DNA of 64,000 bases from Bacteroidales bacterium (GCA_963662905.2 CAXXFD010000004.1:31638-95637); one strand, 5' to 3'; numbered from the stretch's first letter, positions 17,234 through 27,694 are shown. Notes: generated by a model not told the origin, from the letters alone. Translations and numbers: made by a program.

Positions 17234-18754
17234 ATGCCAATACTCAGCTCCGTACTGTCCTGGTTGATTAAAAAGAGGATCCATCAAATTGAACTCTTCT
17301 TAAAATACCCACAAGATGTTCAAAATGAATGGTTTAAAAAACTGATTTCCACAGCCCGCGATACAGAATGGGGTAAAGAATACGATTATGCCGGCATGCG
17401 CAGCCTGCGCGATTTCCAGGAACGCGTGCCCATAAGTGAGTACCAAAATCTTCAGCCTTATATTGAACGTTTGATGAAAGGCGAACAAAACCTTTTGTGG
17501 CCCAGCGACATAAAATGGTTTGCAAAATCTTCGGGCACAACGGATTCCAAAAGCAAATTTATTCCCGTTTCGCAGGAATCGCTCGAAGAATGCCATTACA
17601 GCACCGGCAAGGATATGCTCACATTATACCATCATGCGGTGGGAGATTCCGACATTTTCAAAGGCAAAGCACTTGGGGTTGGCGGTTCGCACGACATCAC
17701 CACCATCAATAATGAAACCTATCTTGTTGGCGACCTTTCGGCTATTTTAATGCAAAACCTTCCATTTTGGGCCGAGTTGAAACGTACGCCCAACCTTTCC
17801 ATAGCATTGATGGACGAATGGGAAAGCAAAATTGAAAAAATGGCGCGGGTTACCAGTCAGGAAAATGTGACCAATATTTCGGGCGTTCCTTCCTGGATGT
17901 TGCTGTTGCTGCGGCGCATACTCGAAATCACCGGCAAAAACCATATTCATGAAGTATGGCCCAACCTGGAAGTATTCTTCCACGGCGGCGTCAGCTTTTT
18001 GCCTTATCGCACACAGTTTGACCAGATTATCCAGCGCCACCGCATGCACTATTTTGAAGTTTATAATGCTTCCGAAGGCTTTTTCGGAATACAGGACCGG
18101 CGTGGCTCCGACGAAATGCTGCTGATGCTCGATTATGGTATTTTCTATGAATTTATGCCTATGGATCAGCTCGGACAGGAACACCCAAAACTGCTCACCC
18201 TCGATCAGGTTACAAAAGGCGAAAATTACGCCCTGGTTATTTCTACCAATGCCGGTTTGTGGCGCTACCTTATTGGCGATACCATTACCTTTACTTCTAC
18301 AAACCCATACCGCATACGCATTACCGGCCGAACAAAAAGTTTTATCAATGCCTTTGGGGAAGAAGTGATTGTGGACAATGCCGACAAAGCTTTTGCTACT
18401 GCCTGTCGCAAATGCGATGCCGTAATTGAAGAATATACCGGCGGACCTGTTTTCTTGGACAGTGGCCAAAAAGCCCGCCATGAATGGTTTGTTGAATTCC
18501 GCAAAGCACCGCAGGATCTGGACTATTTCACCGTAACTTTCGACAATGCCCTCAAATCGCTCAATTCGGATTATGAAGCCAAGCGCTACCGCAATATGAT
18601 CCTTCAGGCGCCGGACATCAGGCAACTGCCCGAAGGAACTTTTTACGAATGGCTCAAAATAAAAGGAAAACTCGGTGGCCAGCATAAAGTGCCCCGTTTG
18701 TCCAACAACAGTAAAATCCTCGACGAAATCAAATCAATACTCCATGAAAAATAA
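17234..18754 (+). CDS. GH3 auxin-responsive-promoter family protein (acyl-adenylate-forming fold)
   Basis: ~506 aa. SSGTTDSKSKFIPV, YNASEGFFG, RYLIGDTITF, GRTKSFINAFGEEV, and a tail GGQHKVPRLSN typical of bacterial GH3-family proteins. Confidence 0.8.
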   Translation: MPILSSVLSWLIKKRIHQIELFLKYPQDVQNEWFKKLISTARDTEWGKEYDYAGMRSLRDFQERVPISEYQNLQPYIERLMKGEQNLLWPSDIKWFAKSSGTTDSKSKFIPVSQESLEECHYSTGKDMLTLYHHAVGDSDIFKGKALGVGGSHDITTINNETYLVGDLSAILMQNLPFWAELKRTPNLSIALMDEWESKIEKMARVTSQENVTNISGVPSWMLLLLRRILEITGKNHIHEVWPNLEVFFHGGVSFLPYRTQFDQIIQRHRMHYFEVYNASEGFFGIQDRRGSDEMLLMLDYGIFYEFMPMDQLGQEHPKLLTLDQVTKGENYALVISTNAGLWRYLIGDTITFTSTNPYRIRITGRTKSFINAFGEEVIVDNADKAFATACRKCDAVIEEYTGGPVFLDSGQKARHEWFVEFRKAPQDLDYFTVTFDNALKSLNSDYEAKRYRNMILQAPDIRQLPEGTFYEWLKIKGKLGGQHKVPRLSNNSKILDEIKSILHEK

Positions 18755-19559
18755 AGCCTGTTTACTGTTCCTGTTTTTCATTGCAGGGACAACAATATTT
18801 GCGCAAAACTACCGCTACGAGCAGCTCCGCACTTTCCCGGCTGAAGCTTCTGCAATTTATACCGATGCCGATGCCAATTTCTATCTAAAACATGATCTGC
18901 TGCTCAAAAAATACGATCAGGACGGAAATTTCATTGCCGAATACGACAGTGAGTTCTTTTCTGAATTTGGCGCTGTGGATGTCAGCGATATGTTCCGCGT
19001 ACTGGTTTTTTATCCCGAAGCCAATATGCTGGCCATTTTGGATGAAGGCATTCAGAATATCCGCGACACTATAAATTTTGATCCATTGGGCTTTGATGTT
19101 GAAGCCGTTTGCAATGATCAAAATGCCGATGGCTACTGGATTTATGATGCAGCAAAATCGCAGCTGGTTCATCTGGCGCACAGCACAAAGGTTTTGCAGC
19201 GCTCAGAATCTTTTGCAAAGCTGGGTTACGGGATGTTCAGCCCCAAACAGTTGCTGGTTGCCGAAGGACGCGTCTATGCCATTGACCCTGTTGGCGGACT
19301 GATGATTTTCGATGAGAATGGCCGTTTCCTGAACCAGCAGATGATCAGCGGCATACATCATGCAACATTTTATCAGGGGCAACTTATTTGGTTTGCCAAC
19401 CGGATGATGAATTTTTATAATCCCATCACGCAGGAGCAAAACGAAACCACCCTGCCGGGAACCGCGCTTTACCGTGGTGCGGCCATGAATTATGGCATCG
19501 TACCGGGGCATATTTATCTTTTTGACAACAGCACACTCTATATTTACAGTTTTCAATAA
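18744..19559 (+). CDS. secreted hypothetical protein
   Basis: Start trimmed to MKNKACLLFLFFIAGTTIFAQ (signal peptide). It overlaps the GH3 stop by 11 nt. No recognisable motifs. Confidence 0.55.
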   Translation: MKNKACLLFLFFIAGTTIFAQNYRYEQLRTFPAEASAIYTDADANFYLKHDLLLKKYDQDGNFIAEYDSEFFSEFGAVDVSDMFRVLVFYPEANMLAILDEGIQNIRDTINFDPLGFDVEAVCNDQNADGYWIYDAAKSQLVHLAHSTKVLQRSESFAKLGYGMFSPKQLLVAEGRVYAIDPVGGLMIFDENGRFLNQQMISGIHHATFYQGQLIWFANRMMNFYNPITQEQNETTLPGTALYRGAAMNYGIVPGHIYLFDNSTLYIYSFQ

Positions 19560-19596
19560 ACGCAATTTCATTTTTTTTGATTCGTACAAGAGTCAT

Positions 19597-19604
19597 TATC
19601 TTTG
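19597..19604 (+). promoter_or_regulatory. -7 promoter box TATCTTTG
   Basis: TAnnTTTG match 38 nt upstream of the ATG at 19642. Confidence 0.5.
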
Positions 19605-19641
19605 CACACTTAACAGAACATTCATCCAAAAGAAATAAAGC

Positions 19642-20256
19642 ATGCACATAGCCATTGCAGGAAATATCGGCTCCGGGAAAACCACCCTGGCCGGTTTGCT
19701 CGCCAAACAATACGGATGGGAAGCCCATTACGAAGACGTTGATTCCAACCCTTATCTGCACAGTTTCTACGAGGATATGCAGCGCTGGTCTTTTAACCTG
19801 CAGGTGTATTTCCTGAACAGCCGCTTCCGGCAAATTGTCGATATCCGAAACAGCGGAAAAACAGTTATTCAGGATCGGACCATTTATGAAGACGCCTATA
19901 TTTTTGCGCCCAACCTGCACGATATGAACCTTATGTCTTCGCGCGATTTTGATAACTACACATCACTTTTTGAACTGATGAGCTCCTTTATCCAGCCACC
20001 CGACCTGCTGATTTATTTGCAGGCCACTGTACCCACGCTGGTCAATCAGATCCAGAACCGTGGCCGCGAATACGAAGAAGCCATCCGCCTGGATTACCTC
20101 AAACGCCTGAACGAACGCTATGAAGCCTGGATCAGCAAATACGATATCGGCAAATTGCTTGTAATCCCTGTTGACGATATCGATTTCATAAAGAGGCCCG
20201 AAGATCTCGGAATGATTATGGATAAAATCAATGCCGAAATCCACGGACTTTTCTAA
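19642..20256 (+). CDS. deoxynucleoside kinase
   Basis: P-loop IAGNIGSGKTT, the DRTIYED motif and the lid NRGREYE; 204 aa. Confidence 0.85.
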   Translation: MHIAIAGNIGSGKTTLAGLLAKQYGWEAHYEDVDSNPYLHSFYEDMQRWSFNLQVYFLNSRFRQIVDIRNSGKTVIQDRTIYEDAYIFAPNLHDMNLMSSRDFDNYTSLFELMSSFIQPPDLLIYLQATVPTLVNQIQNRGREYEEAIRLDYLKRLNERYEAWISKYDIGKLLVIPVDDIDFIKRPEDLGMIMDKINAEIHGLF

Positions 20257-20260
20257 ACTT

Positions 20261-21016
20261 ATGAGCCATTTCCACGGAATAATACCAGCGCGCTATGCGT
20301 CCACCCGTTTTCCGGGCAAGCCATTGGCTGATATCAATGGCAAAAGCATGGTGATACGGGTTTTCGAACAAGCCCAAAAAAGCGGGGTTTTCAAAAGCCT
20401 GTGCGTTGCTACTGATGACGAACGCATTTTCAATCACGTGCGCCATCATGGCGGAAACGCGTGCATGACGGCAGCACATCACCGGAGCGGAACCGAGCGC
20501 TGCGCAGAAGTTGCGGAACATTTGCTTCGCGAAGGCCGGGCCGGCGAAGAAGACATCATCATCAACATTCAGGGCGACGAACCCTATATTGCCACAGAGC
20601 AGATAAAAAAAGTTGCCGGCATATTTTCCTCAGCCTCAGTGGGCATCGCCACGCTCATCAAAAAGATTGAAAATCCTGCGGAACTTTTCGATGAGAACAC
20701 CGTTAAAGCCGTCCCCGGAGCAGGAAACAGAGTGCTTTATTTCAGCCGGCTTCCCGTGCCCTTTTTGCGTTCCAAACCAAAGGACGTATGGCTTCAAAAC
20801 GGAAACTGGTTTAAGCACATCGGAATGTATGCTTACCGTATTGGCATCCTGAAAGAGATCAGCAAACTGGAAGAAGCAAATGCAGAAATTGCAGAATCGC
20901 TCGAGCAGTTGCGCTGGCTGGCACAGGGATACAGCATTTATTATGCTGAAACAAGCCGGGAAAGCATTTCGGTTGATTGTCCGGACGACTTGTTAAAACT
21001 TATAAACAAGACTTGA
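20261..21016 (+). CDS. kdsB: 3-deoxy-manno-octulosonate cytidylyltransferase
   Basis: IIPARYASTRFPGKPLADINGKSM, ATDDERI, INIQGDEPY, EQLRWL. Start trimmed to MSHFHGIIPAR. Confidence 0.9.
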   Translation: MSHFHGIIPARYASTRFPGKPLADINGKSMVIRVFEQAQKSGVFKSLCVATDDERIFNHVRHHGGNACMTAAHHRSGTERCAEVAEHLLREGRAGEEDIIINIQGDEPYIATEQIKKVAGIFSSASVGIATLIKKIENPAELFDENTVKAVPGAGNRVLYFSRLPVPFLRSKPKDVWLQNGNWFKHIGMYAYRIGILKEISKLEEANAEIAESLEQLRWLAQGYSIYYAETSRESISVDCPDDLLKLINKT

Positions 21017-21059
21017 TTTCTCTAAAAATCAGGACTATTTTTGTGAAATTTGATTCATC

Positions 21060-22157
21060 ATGGCGAAAGAACTTACATCATTTATCAGCGAATTATTATA
21101 CGATCACGAATGCATCATAGTGCCCCGTTTGGGAGGATTTCTGGCGCGATATCAGGGCGCAAGCATACATCCCGTGCAGCACACATTCACACCGCCCACA
21201 CGAACAGTGGTTTTTAATCCGGCACTGCTCGAAAACGACGGTTTACTGATCAATTATATCGCCCGGCGCAAGCGCATCAGCTATGATGAAGCATCTGAAT
21301 GGGTTCAATCAGAAATTTTGGCGATCCTGAGCGGTTTGAAGCAAAATAACGAACAGGAACTACCCGGACTGGGAATCCTGAAACGCAATGCGGAACAACG
21401 CCTGCTTTTTATCCCGAATGATGCAGCCAATTTCCTTCATGACGCTTACGGCCTCGGCACATTCGTATCGCCGGCAATCCGTCGCGAAAGCCGCTTGCAG
21501 GCAGAAAAACGCGTGATCAAAGCACAGCGCCGCGCCGAAAAAACATTCACCGGATCATGGCATTCCGTAATCTGGCCAGCAGCCGCTGCAGTAGCGGTTA
21601 TCGGAGTACTGTCGTGGACCGTGTACAGCCAGTTTTTCCGCACCAGCCAGTACACCAACGACTTTATTCCCATAGCCCAAAAAGAACAGCCTGTTAACCA
21701 AACAAACGAGAGCACAATCCCCGAAGTAAAACCGGAACAGGCTTCCATTTTGCCAACACATAATGATGGTACGGAAGAACAAAAACCGGAAGCCCGGGAG
21801 ACTATTGTTGACGAAACCATAGTTGAAGAAAGCACCGAAGACAAGAGCACTTATAATGCCGAACCTGATTTCTCTTCAGCTGCGGTTCCGGCAGTACAGG
21901 AGGAAATCATGGACAGCCCGGCAAATGATTACTACATCATTTGCGGTAGCTACCTAAACAAAACCAAAGCCCGCAAATTTTACCAAAGGCTTATCAACCA
22001 AGGCTTTGACGCACAAATCCTCGGCCCTTACGAAAACGGTCGCGTGCGTATCAGTTGCGCCCATTATACCGATCAGGAAGCCGCGGCTCTTCGCCTGGAC
22101 GAAATCCGGAAAATTATCCGTAAGGATGCATGGATTTTGGAGGAGCCAACGAATTAA
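21060..22157 (+). CDS. HU-like (HU-CCDC81) and SPOR domain-containing protein
   Basis: N-terminal repeated IVPRLGGF / LPGLGIL motifs, a central TM helix, an acidic linker and a C-terminal SPOR-like YYIICGSY..KARKF...G....I. Confidence 0.7.
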   Translation: MAKELTSFISELLYDHECIIVPRLGGFLARYQGASIHPVQHTFTPPTRTVVFNPALLENDGLLINYIARRKRISYDEASEWVQSEILAILSGLKQNNEQELPGLGILKRNAEQRLLFIPNDAANFLHDAYGLGTFVSPAIRRESRLQAEKRVIKAQRRAEKTFTGSWHSVIWPAAAAVAVIGVLSWTVYSQFFRTSQYTNDFIPIAQKEQPVNQTNESTIPEVKPEQASILPTHNDGTEEQKPEARETIVDETIVEESTEDKSTYNAEPDFSSAAVPAVQEEIMDSPANDYYIICGSYLNKTKARKFYQRLINQGFDAQILGPYENGRVRISCAHYTDQEAAALRLDEIRKIIRKDAWILEEPTN

Positions 22158-22192
22158 GCAAGATATTTTAAATGCGGCACTGTCGCAAAACG

Positions 22193-22228
22193 AAACAGCC
22201 CGGAATTATTTTCGGGCTGTTTAGGTTT
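22193..22228 (+). terminator. rho-independent terminator
   Basis: AAACAGCCCG..loop..CGGGCTGTTT followed by a T-rich tail. Confidence 0.7.
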
Positions 22229-22321
22229 AAAAGATTCAGATACATTTTAAATACGCCCAAGGAGGTAAAACGAATCACTTAGCTCAATAGATTTTTTATT
22301 TTTGCGGCAAAATTTATTTAA

Positions 22322-23020
22322 GTGGGCAAAAAGAACAAAAAGCAAAAATTCGCTGAAGTAGAAAGCTTCCCAAACTTTTTTCAGCCGGGTTATTTCGATA
22401 TACAAGACAATGGCTTTCCATTGAAAGGAAAATGGAATAAAGAATATTTCAAAAACGACAACCCCATCATTGCTGAATTTGGCTGCGGGAAAGGCGATTA
22501 TACGTACAATCTTGCCAAAAAAAATCCCAATAAAAATTATATCGGGATGGATTTAAAAGGCAACCGCATATGGAAAGGCGCCAAAGACAGCATCAAGGAT
22601 GGCCTTAGCAATGTAGCTTTTGTGCGCGGCCAGGTGCAGCATGCACAGGAATATTTTGAGCACGGCGAGCTTTCCGAAATCTGGATTACTTTTCCCGATC
22701 CACAGCTTGAAAAGCCCCGCCACCGCAAGCGCTTTACACATCCCGCTTTTCTGGAGCGCTACCGCAATGTCCTTGCGCAGGATCATCTGATCCATTTAAA
22801 AACCGATAGCGATGTTTTTTTCGATTACACCCTGGAAATCCTGAAAGAAGAAGGTATTAAGCCGATTATCTGCTCTTATGATGTATATACCGATCCGGAA
22901 ATTGAAGAAAACGCTCCGGAGGTAAAGGAAATCCAAACTTTTTATGAACGCATGTGGCTGGCGGAAGGCCGACTTATAAAATACCTGCGTTTCCGCCTGA
23001 AACCAACAAACAATGGATAA
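22322..23020 (+). CDS. trmB: tRNA (guanine-N7)-methyltransferase
   Basis: GTG start 18 nt after the box TATTTTTG (22297..22304). EFGCGKGDYT, ITFPDPQLEK.RHRKRF. Confidence 0.85.
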   Translation: MGKKNKKQKFAEVESFPNFFQPGYFDIQDNGFPLKGKWNKEYFKNDNPIIAEFGCGKGDYTYNLAKKNPNKNYIGMDLKGNRIWKGAKDSIKDGLSNVAFVRGQVQHAQEYFEHGELSEIWITFPDPQLEKPRHRKRFTHPAFLERYRNVLAQDHLIHLKTDSDVFFDYTLEILKEEGIKPIICSYDVYTDPEIEENAPEVKEIQTFYERMWLAEGRLIKYLRFRLKPTNNG

Positions 23021-23351
23021 AGATTCCTTTTTTGAACGGGTTTATACTGTTACGGAGCAAATCCCTTATGGAAGGGCAACATCCTACGGAGCCATTGCAC
23101 GCTATCTGGGATCAGGTCGGTCGGCACGAATGGTTGGCTGGGCCATGAACAATGCGCACAGCCTTCCGCGCAACATCCCGGCACACCGTGTGGTAAATCG
23201 TAATGGGCAATTGACCGGAAAACATCATTTCGGAAGCCCCGATTTAATGCAGCAATTACTCGAAAACGAAGGAATTCGTGTAGAAAACGATCAAATTACT
23301 AACTTTGAAGAATATTTCTGGGATCCATCAAAAGAATTGGCAACAAATTAA
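23013..23351 (+). CDS. MGMT-family DNA-binding protein lacking the acceptor cysteine (alkyltransferase-like, ATL)
   Basis: 112 aa. IPYGRATSYGAIA and NIPAHRVVNRNG in place of the PCHRV active site. Overlaps the trmB stop by 8 nt. Confidence 0.8.
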   Translation: MDKDSFFERVYTVTEQIPYGRATSYGAIARYLGSGRSARMVGWAMNNAHSLPRNIPAHRVVNRNGQLTGKHHFGSPDLMQQLLENEGIRVENDQITNFEEYFWDPSKELATN

Positions 23352-23397
23352 CCATTAGAATATAGCGCTCAGCGCCTAAACCAAACAACATCAATTT

Positions 23398-25050
23398 ATG
23401 AAAAAACTGATTTTTTCCCTTTTTGCATTGGCCATTGTGTTGGCCTCCTGCAATCCAAAACCAGCAGAACAAAAAGAAACTGCCGCAAACGAAAACGAAG
23501 AAATACGCATGAAAGTTGAAGAATTTGTTCCCGTGAAGCTCACTACGGACATCAGCAAACTCACTGAAAGTGAAAAGCAAATGATCCCTTTGATGATCGA
23601 AGCTGCCCAAATCATGGATAAGCTTTTCTGGGAACAGGCTTATGGCGACAAAGCCCAACTGATGGCCGAAATCCAGGATCCATGGACGAAAAAATTTGCT
23701 GAAATCAATTACGGCCCATGGGAACGCCTCAATGGCAACAAACCCTTTGTAAAAGGTGTGGGACCAAAACCAAAAGGAGCTTGTTTTTATCCAAAAGACA
23801 TGACTGTTGAGGAATTTGAGGCTTTTGACAATCCGGAAAAAACCAGCCTTTATACGCTCATCCGCCGCGATGATGCAGGAAACCTTATCGTTGTGCCTTA
23901 CAGCGAAGCTTATAAAGATGAGCTCACGAAAGCGGCCGACCTGATCCGCAAAGCATCTGAAATCGCCGAAGATCCAGGCCTCAAAAAATATCTCAGCCTC
24001 CGTGCCGATGCATTACTGAGCGACGACTATTACCCAAGTGATAACGCATGGATGGACATGAAAAACAATGGAATTGATTTTGTTGTTGGCCCCATTGAGA
24101 ATTATGAAGACCATTTGTTCCAGTATAAAACCGCATTCGAATCATTTGTTTTGGTAAAAGACAAAGAATGGAGCAATAAAGTGCTGCGCTACGCCAGCCT
24201 GCTTCCCGAGCTGCAAACCACACTTCCCGTTGCCGACGAGTATAAAAAAGAAGTGCCCGGCAGCTCCAGCGACCTTGGTGTTTATGATGCGGTTTTCTAT
24301 GCCGGAGATTGCAATGCTGGCAGTAAAACCATCGCCATCAACCTGCCCAACGATCCACGCATCCACGTTGACAAAGGCAGCCGCAAGCTCCAGTTAAAAA
24401 ACTCCATGAAAGCCAAATTTGATAAAATCCTGGTTCCTATCAGCGAAATCCTGATTGCAGAAGACCAACGCAAGCACATCAAATTTGATGCTTTCTTTGA
24501 AAATACTATGTTCCATGAAGTAGGCCACGGTCTGGGCATCAAGCAAACCATTAATGGTAAAGGCGGTGTGCGCGAAGCAATGAAAGACACCTATTCGGCT
24601 ATCGAAGAAGGAAAAGCTGATATCCTCGGACTTTTTCTCGTTACTAAACTCAACGAAATGGGCGAATTTGAAAACAAAGACCTGATGGACAATTTCGTAA
24701 CCTTTATGGCCGGTATTTTCCGCTCGGTACGTTTTGGGGTTTCCAGTTCGCACGGCATGGCCAATATGGTCCGCTTTTACTATTTCCAGGAAAAAGGCGC
24801 TTTTACCCGCGATGAAGCTACAGGCACTTACCGCGTGAATTTCGATAAAATGAAGCAGGCCATGATTGACCTCGCCGAAATGATCCTGACCATTCAGGGT
24901 GATGGCAATTATGATGCCGCCAAAAAGCTCCTCGACGAAAAAGGCAGCATCCGTCCTGAGCTGCAAGCCGACCTCGACCGCATTTCAGATGCCAACATCC
25001 CACGAGATATTGTATTTGAGCAAGGTGTGGAAGTACTTGGCCTGAAATAA
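23398..25050 (+). CDS. lipoprotein, DPP3-like (M49-related) zinc metallopeptidase/hydrolase family
   Basis: Lipobox LASC. HEVGHGLG followed by EEGKADILG (HExxxH ... EExxAD arrangement); 550 aa. Confidence 0.7.
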   Translation: MKKLIFSLFALAIVLASCNPKPAEQKETAANENEEIRMKVEEFVPVKLTTDISKLTESEKQMIPLMIEAAQIMDKLFWEQAYGDKAQLMAEIQDPWTKKFAEINYGPWERLNGNKPFVKGVGPKPKGACFYPKDMTVEEFEAFDNPEKTSLYTLIRRDDAGNLIVVPYSEAYKDELTKAADLIRKASEIAEDPGLKKYLSLRADALLSDDYYPSDNAWMDMKNNGIDFVVGPIENYEDHLFQYKTAFESFVLVKDKEWSNKVLRYASLLPELQTTLPVADEYKKEVPGSSSDLGVYDAVFYAGDCNAGSKTIAINLPNDPRIHVDKGSRKLQLKNSMKAKFDKILVPISEILIAEDQRKHIKFDAFFENTMFHEVGHGLGIKQTINGKGGVREAMKDTYSAIEEGKADILGLFLVTKLNEMGEFENKDLMDNFVTFMAGIFRSVRFGVSSSHGMANMVRFYYFQEKGAFTRDEATGTYRVNFDKMKQAMIDLAEMILTIQGDGNYDAAKKLLDEKGSIRPELQADLDRISDANIPRDIVFEQGVEVLGLK

Positions 25051-25073
25051 AAATAAACAACATATTTCTGAAG

Positions 25074-25106
25074 AACGCTCCGCCTGATGGTGGGGCGTTT
25101 TTTTGT
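25074..25106 (+). terminator. rho-independent terminator
   Basis: AACGCTCCGCC..loop..GTGGGGCGTT followed by TTTTTT. Confidence 0.8.
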
Positions 25107-25131
25107 TGTGCCGTCAAATTGATTTTATCAG

Positions 25132-25139
25132 TATATTTG
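25132..25139 (+). promoter_or_regulatory. -7 promoter box TATATTTG
   Basis: TAnnTTTG match 36 nt upstream of the ATG at 25175. Confidence 0.5.
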
Positions 25140-25174
25140 ATTTCAATTTATTGCAAACCAATAAACCCCATCCC

Positions 25175-26413
25175 ATGAAATCAAATGTCGCCTGCTTTTT
25201 AGCAATACTTTTGTTTAGCTGCTTCTCATTTTCCTGCAGCAAAGAAAATTCTGATTCCGAAATAAAACCGATCACGAATCATCAGCAAGAACTTCAGGAG
25301 CTTATCGACAATACCTGGAATGATTTTGTGGACGGCAAAGAAAATTATCCCGGAGGATATGCCTTAAAAATTATTGCGCCCGCCGGCGAGTATTATGTCG
25401 CTTGCGGCGATTTATCAGAAACCACAGAACATACGCATTTCAGGGCAGCCAGCACCACAAAAACCTATACGGCTGCTGCAATTATGCTGCTTCATCAGGA
25501 AGGAAAGCTCAATATCGATCATAAAATCACAGCGAATATTCCCGGAAGTGACCAGCCTTATCTACCTGAAACAGAAAATTTCGACATCCCTTTTAAAGAG
25601 GATATCACTATCAAACTATTGCTTCAGCACCGCGCCGGCATGTGGGATATTATCAATCAGGATATTCCTGATACCGTTAGCGAACCTTATGCGGGAATGC
25701 GTTATTGCGACTATATAACGGATATCCTGCAGCAGCCCGATCACACATTCACTATAGAAGAAACAGCTGGAATAGTTTCAAAACATCAGCTTTATAATTC
25801 AAAACCCACCACTGAATTCCACTATTCGGATACCGGTATGGGGCTGCTTGGCCTGATCATCGAACGTGTTTCGGGCAAAAGATTTGATCAGTTCCTCGCT
25901 GAAAATTTTCTGAAACCCTTAAACCTCAACAACACCCATTTCCCATTTTTGGGCACAGATATCAGTCTGCCGGAACCCTATGCTCCTTCATGGGTTTTCG
26001 TTGATGGGCAAATTATTGAAGTCCCTTTTCACAATATCTCCATGCATGTGGCTGAGGGCAATATGGTTACCACACCAAGCGATCTGGCTCACTGGACAAA
26101 AAATCTATATACCGGAAAAGCAGGTATTAATTACGAAAATGTCCGCTTTTATATGATGGATTGCCTGCCTACATTTGAGTCGCATCAGAATTACGGATTG
26201 GGCACTGTTTTTACACCTGAGTTGGGTTATGGCCATAATGGAGGCCATGTGGCATTTTTTACGGTAGCGCGTTACAATCCCGAAAACGACCTCACTGTTG
26301 TGATGTACACCAACATCTGGGATTTCAATATTATGATGAACGATATGATGGCGGAACTTCTACAAATGTATTCCGCTCTTTATCAGCTTGATGATATCCT
26401 AAAAAATCAATAA
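25175..26413 (+). CDS. serine hydrolase (beta-lactamase / DD-peptidase fold) lipoprotein
   Basis: Lipobox FSCS. The SxxK motif is in RAASTTKTYTAAA, with HYSDTG and GHNGGH downstream. Confidence 0.8.
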   Translation: MKSNVACFLAILLFSCFSFSCSKENSDSEIKPITNHQQELQELIDNTWNDFVDGKENYPGGYALKIIAPAGEYYVACGDLSETTEHTHFRAASTTKTYTAAAIMLLHQEGKLNIDHKITANIPGSDQPYLPETENFDIPFKEDITIKLLLQHRAGMWDIINQDIPDTVSEPYAGMRYCDYITDILQQPDHTFTIEETAGIVSKHQLYNSKPTTEFHYSDTGMGLLGLIIERVSGKRFDQFLAENFLKPLNLNNTHFPFLGTDISLPEPYAPSWVFVDGQIIEVPFHNISMHVAEGNMVTTPSDLAHWTKNLYTGKAGINYENVRFYMMDCLPTFESHQNYGLGTVFTPELGYGHNGGHVAFFTVARYNPENDLTVVMYTNIWDFNIMMNDMMAELLQMYSALYQLDDILKNQ

Positions 26414-26469
26414 AACCAGAAATAAAACCAATTTGGAATTTATTGTCCGGCCATAAAACACATCAAAAA

Positions 26470-27672
26470 ATGAAACGAAGACAATTCTTATTCCGCGCTG
26501 CAGCTGCTGGCACCGGAGCTGTGATCCTTCCAAACTTATGGGGATGTTCGAAAGATGATGAAACGGAGATTATTCCGGTAAAGCCGGAAAACCAGCCATT
26601 TTTTAAATACCTGGAAGTTTCAGGAAGCCATTATGATGTTGGGAAGCAAATCGGCACATACTTCTCCAAAGAGATTTTATCCTCCAGAATGGCCTTGAGA
26701 GATATGTTGGCTGCCATTAACGGAATAATTTATTCGGCGCCGGATGTATTTTACGATCCCTTCCTTGAAGCCAGTCAAAACTTTTTTCCCGACTATATTG
26801 ATGAAATTCAAGGCATTGCAGATGGTATTCATCTAAGCTTCAGGGATGTATTTGCCACAAATATTTTTATGGAAGTTTATTATTTATACCTCGAATTATC
26901 TGGCAAGAAAGCGTTTCAACTTCCGGATAATCTTGGGTGCAGCACTCTAGCCTACTCAAAAAACCAAAAATTATTCCTCGCGCATAACGAAGACCTTTTC
27001 ACCAGCTTTCTGAACAGCATGTATCTGGTAAAAATGTCGGTCAAAGGCAAACCGGAAATACTTGGGCTGAGCTATCCGGGTATGCTCATGGGCGTACCTC
27101 CCTGCATGAACGAAGCAGGAATAGTACAATGCGGGAACGATATCTCTGGTTTGCATATCGAACCTTCTGTTCCCGCTGCTTTTCATTTTCGTTCGGTTAT
27201 GGATGCCCAAAATCTTGATGATGCTGTTCAGCGGGCCGGCATTCCACAAAGAGCCAAAACAATGACGCATAATATCGGATCTTTTATTGAAAAACGCATC
27301 ATCAGTATTGAGGCCGCACCAGAAATAAAGAGCGAAAAAGAAATCAACGGAATGTATGTGCATACCAATCATTTTATTGATGATGCCACGAAAGAAATCG
27401 CCCAGGATGAAAATGTTTTTCCCTCTTCCTATGGACGCTTTGACACATTAAGCAACAATTCAGCGCCTTATGCTGAACAGCCGGATGATATTCATAACGA
27501 ACTATTCACTGAATTAATGTCATCGCACGAAGGTGCCTATACGCCCTGTGTCCATGATCAAAACGGATCCAGCACACTTGCCCATACAGTATTTGATTTT
27601 CAGGAGAAAAATTGGAAGCTCTATTATTCAAATCCTTGTTTGGGTCGGATGAATACTTACAATCACTTTTAA
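26470..27672 (+). CDS. C45 family (Ntn) autoproteolytic acyltransferase/hydrolase with a Tat signal and lipobox
   Basis: MKRRQFLFRAAAAGTGAVILPNLWGCSKDDE (twin-arginine RRxFL plus a lipobox Cys). Internal LGCSTLAY matches the C45 nucleophile Cys context. Confidence 0.7.
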   Translation: MKRRQFLFRAAAAGTGAVILPNLWGCSKDDETEIIPVKPENQPFFKYLEVSGSHYDVGKQIGTYFSKEILSSRMALRDMLAAINGIIYSAPDVFYDPFLEASQNFFPDYIDEIQGIADGIHLSFRDVFATNIFMEVYYLYLELSGKKAFQLPDNLGCSTLAYSKNQKLFLAHNEDLFTSFLNSMYLVKMSVKGKPEILGLSYPGMLMGVPPCMNEAGIVQCGNDISGLHIEPSVPAAFHFRSVMDAQNLDDAVQRAGIPQRAKTMTHNIGSFIEKRIISIEAAPEIKSEKEINGMYVHTNHFIDDATKEIAQDENVFPSSYGRFDTLSNNSAPYAEQPDDIHNELFTELMSSHEGAYTPCVHDQNGSSTLAHTVFDFQEKNWKLYYSNPCLGRMNTYNHF

Positions 27673-27694
27673 AACACATCAAAAAACAAACATC

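Noticed and set aside
17747-18685. 312-aa minus-strand ORF, the longest unexplained ORF in the track
   Set aside because: It lies entirely antisense to the GH3-family gene, whose own frame is well supported. It has no signal, no motif and no promoter box, so I treat it as a shadow ORF.
24394-24966. 190-aa antisense ORF inside the DPP3-like gene; similar cases at 43853..44389, 51851..52366, 53916..54377 and 50554..51006
   Set aside because: All overlap confidently called genes on the opposite strand and show no recognisable features. They are shadow ORFs.
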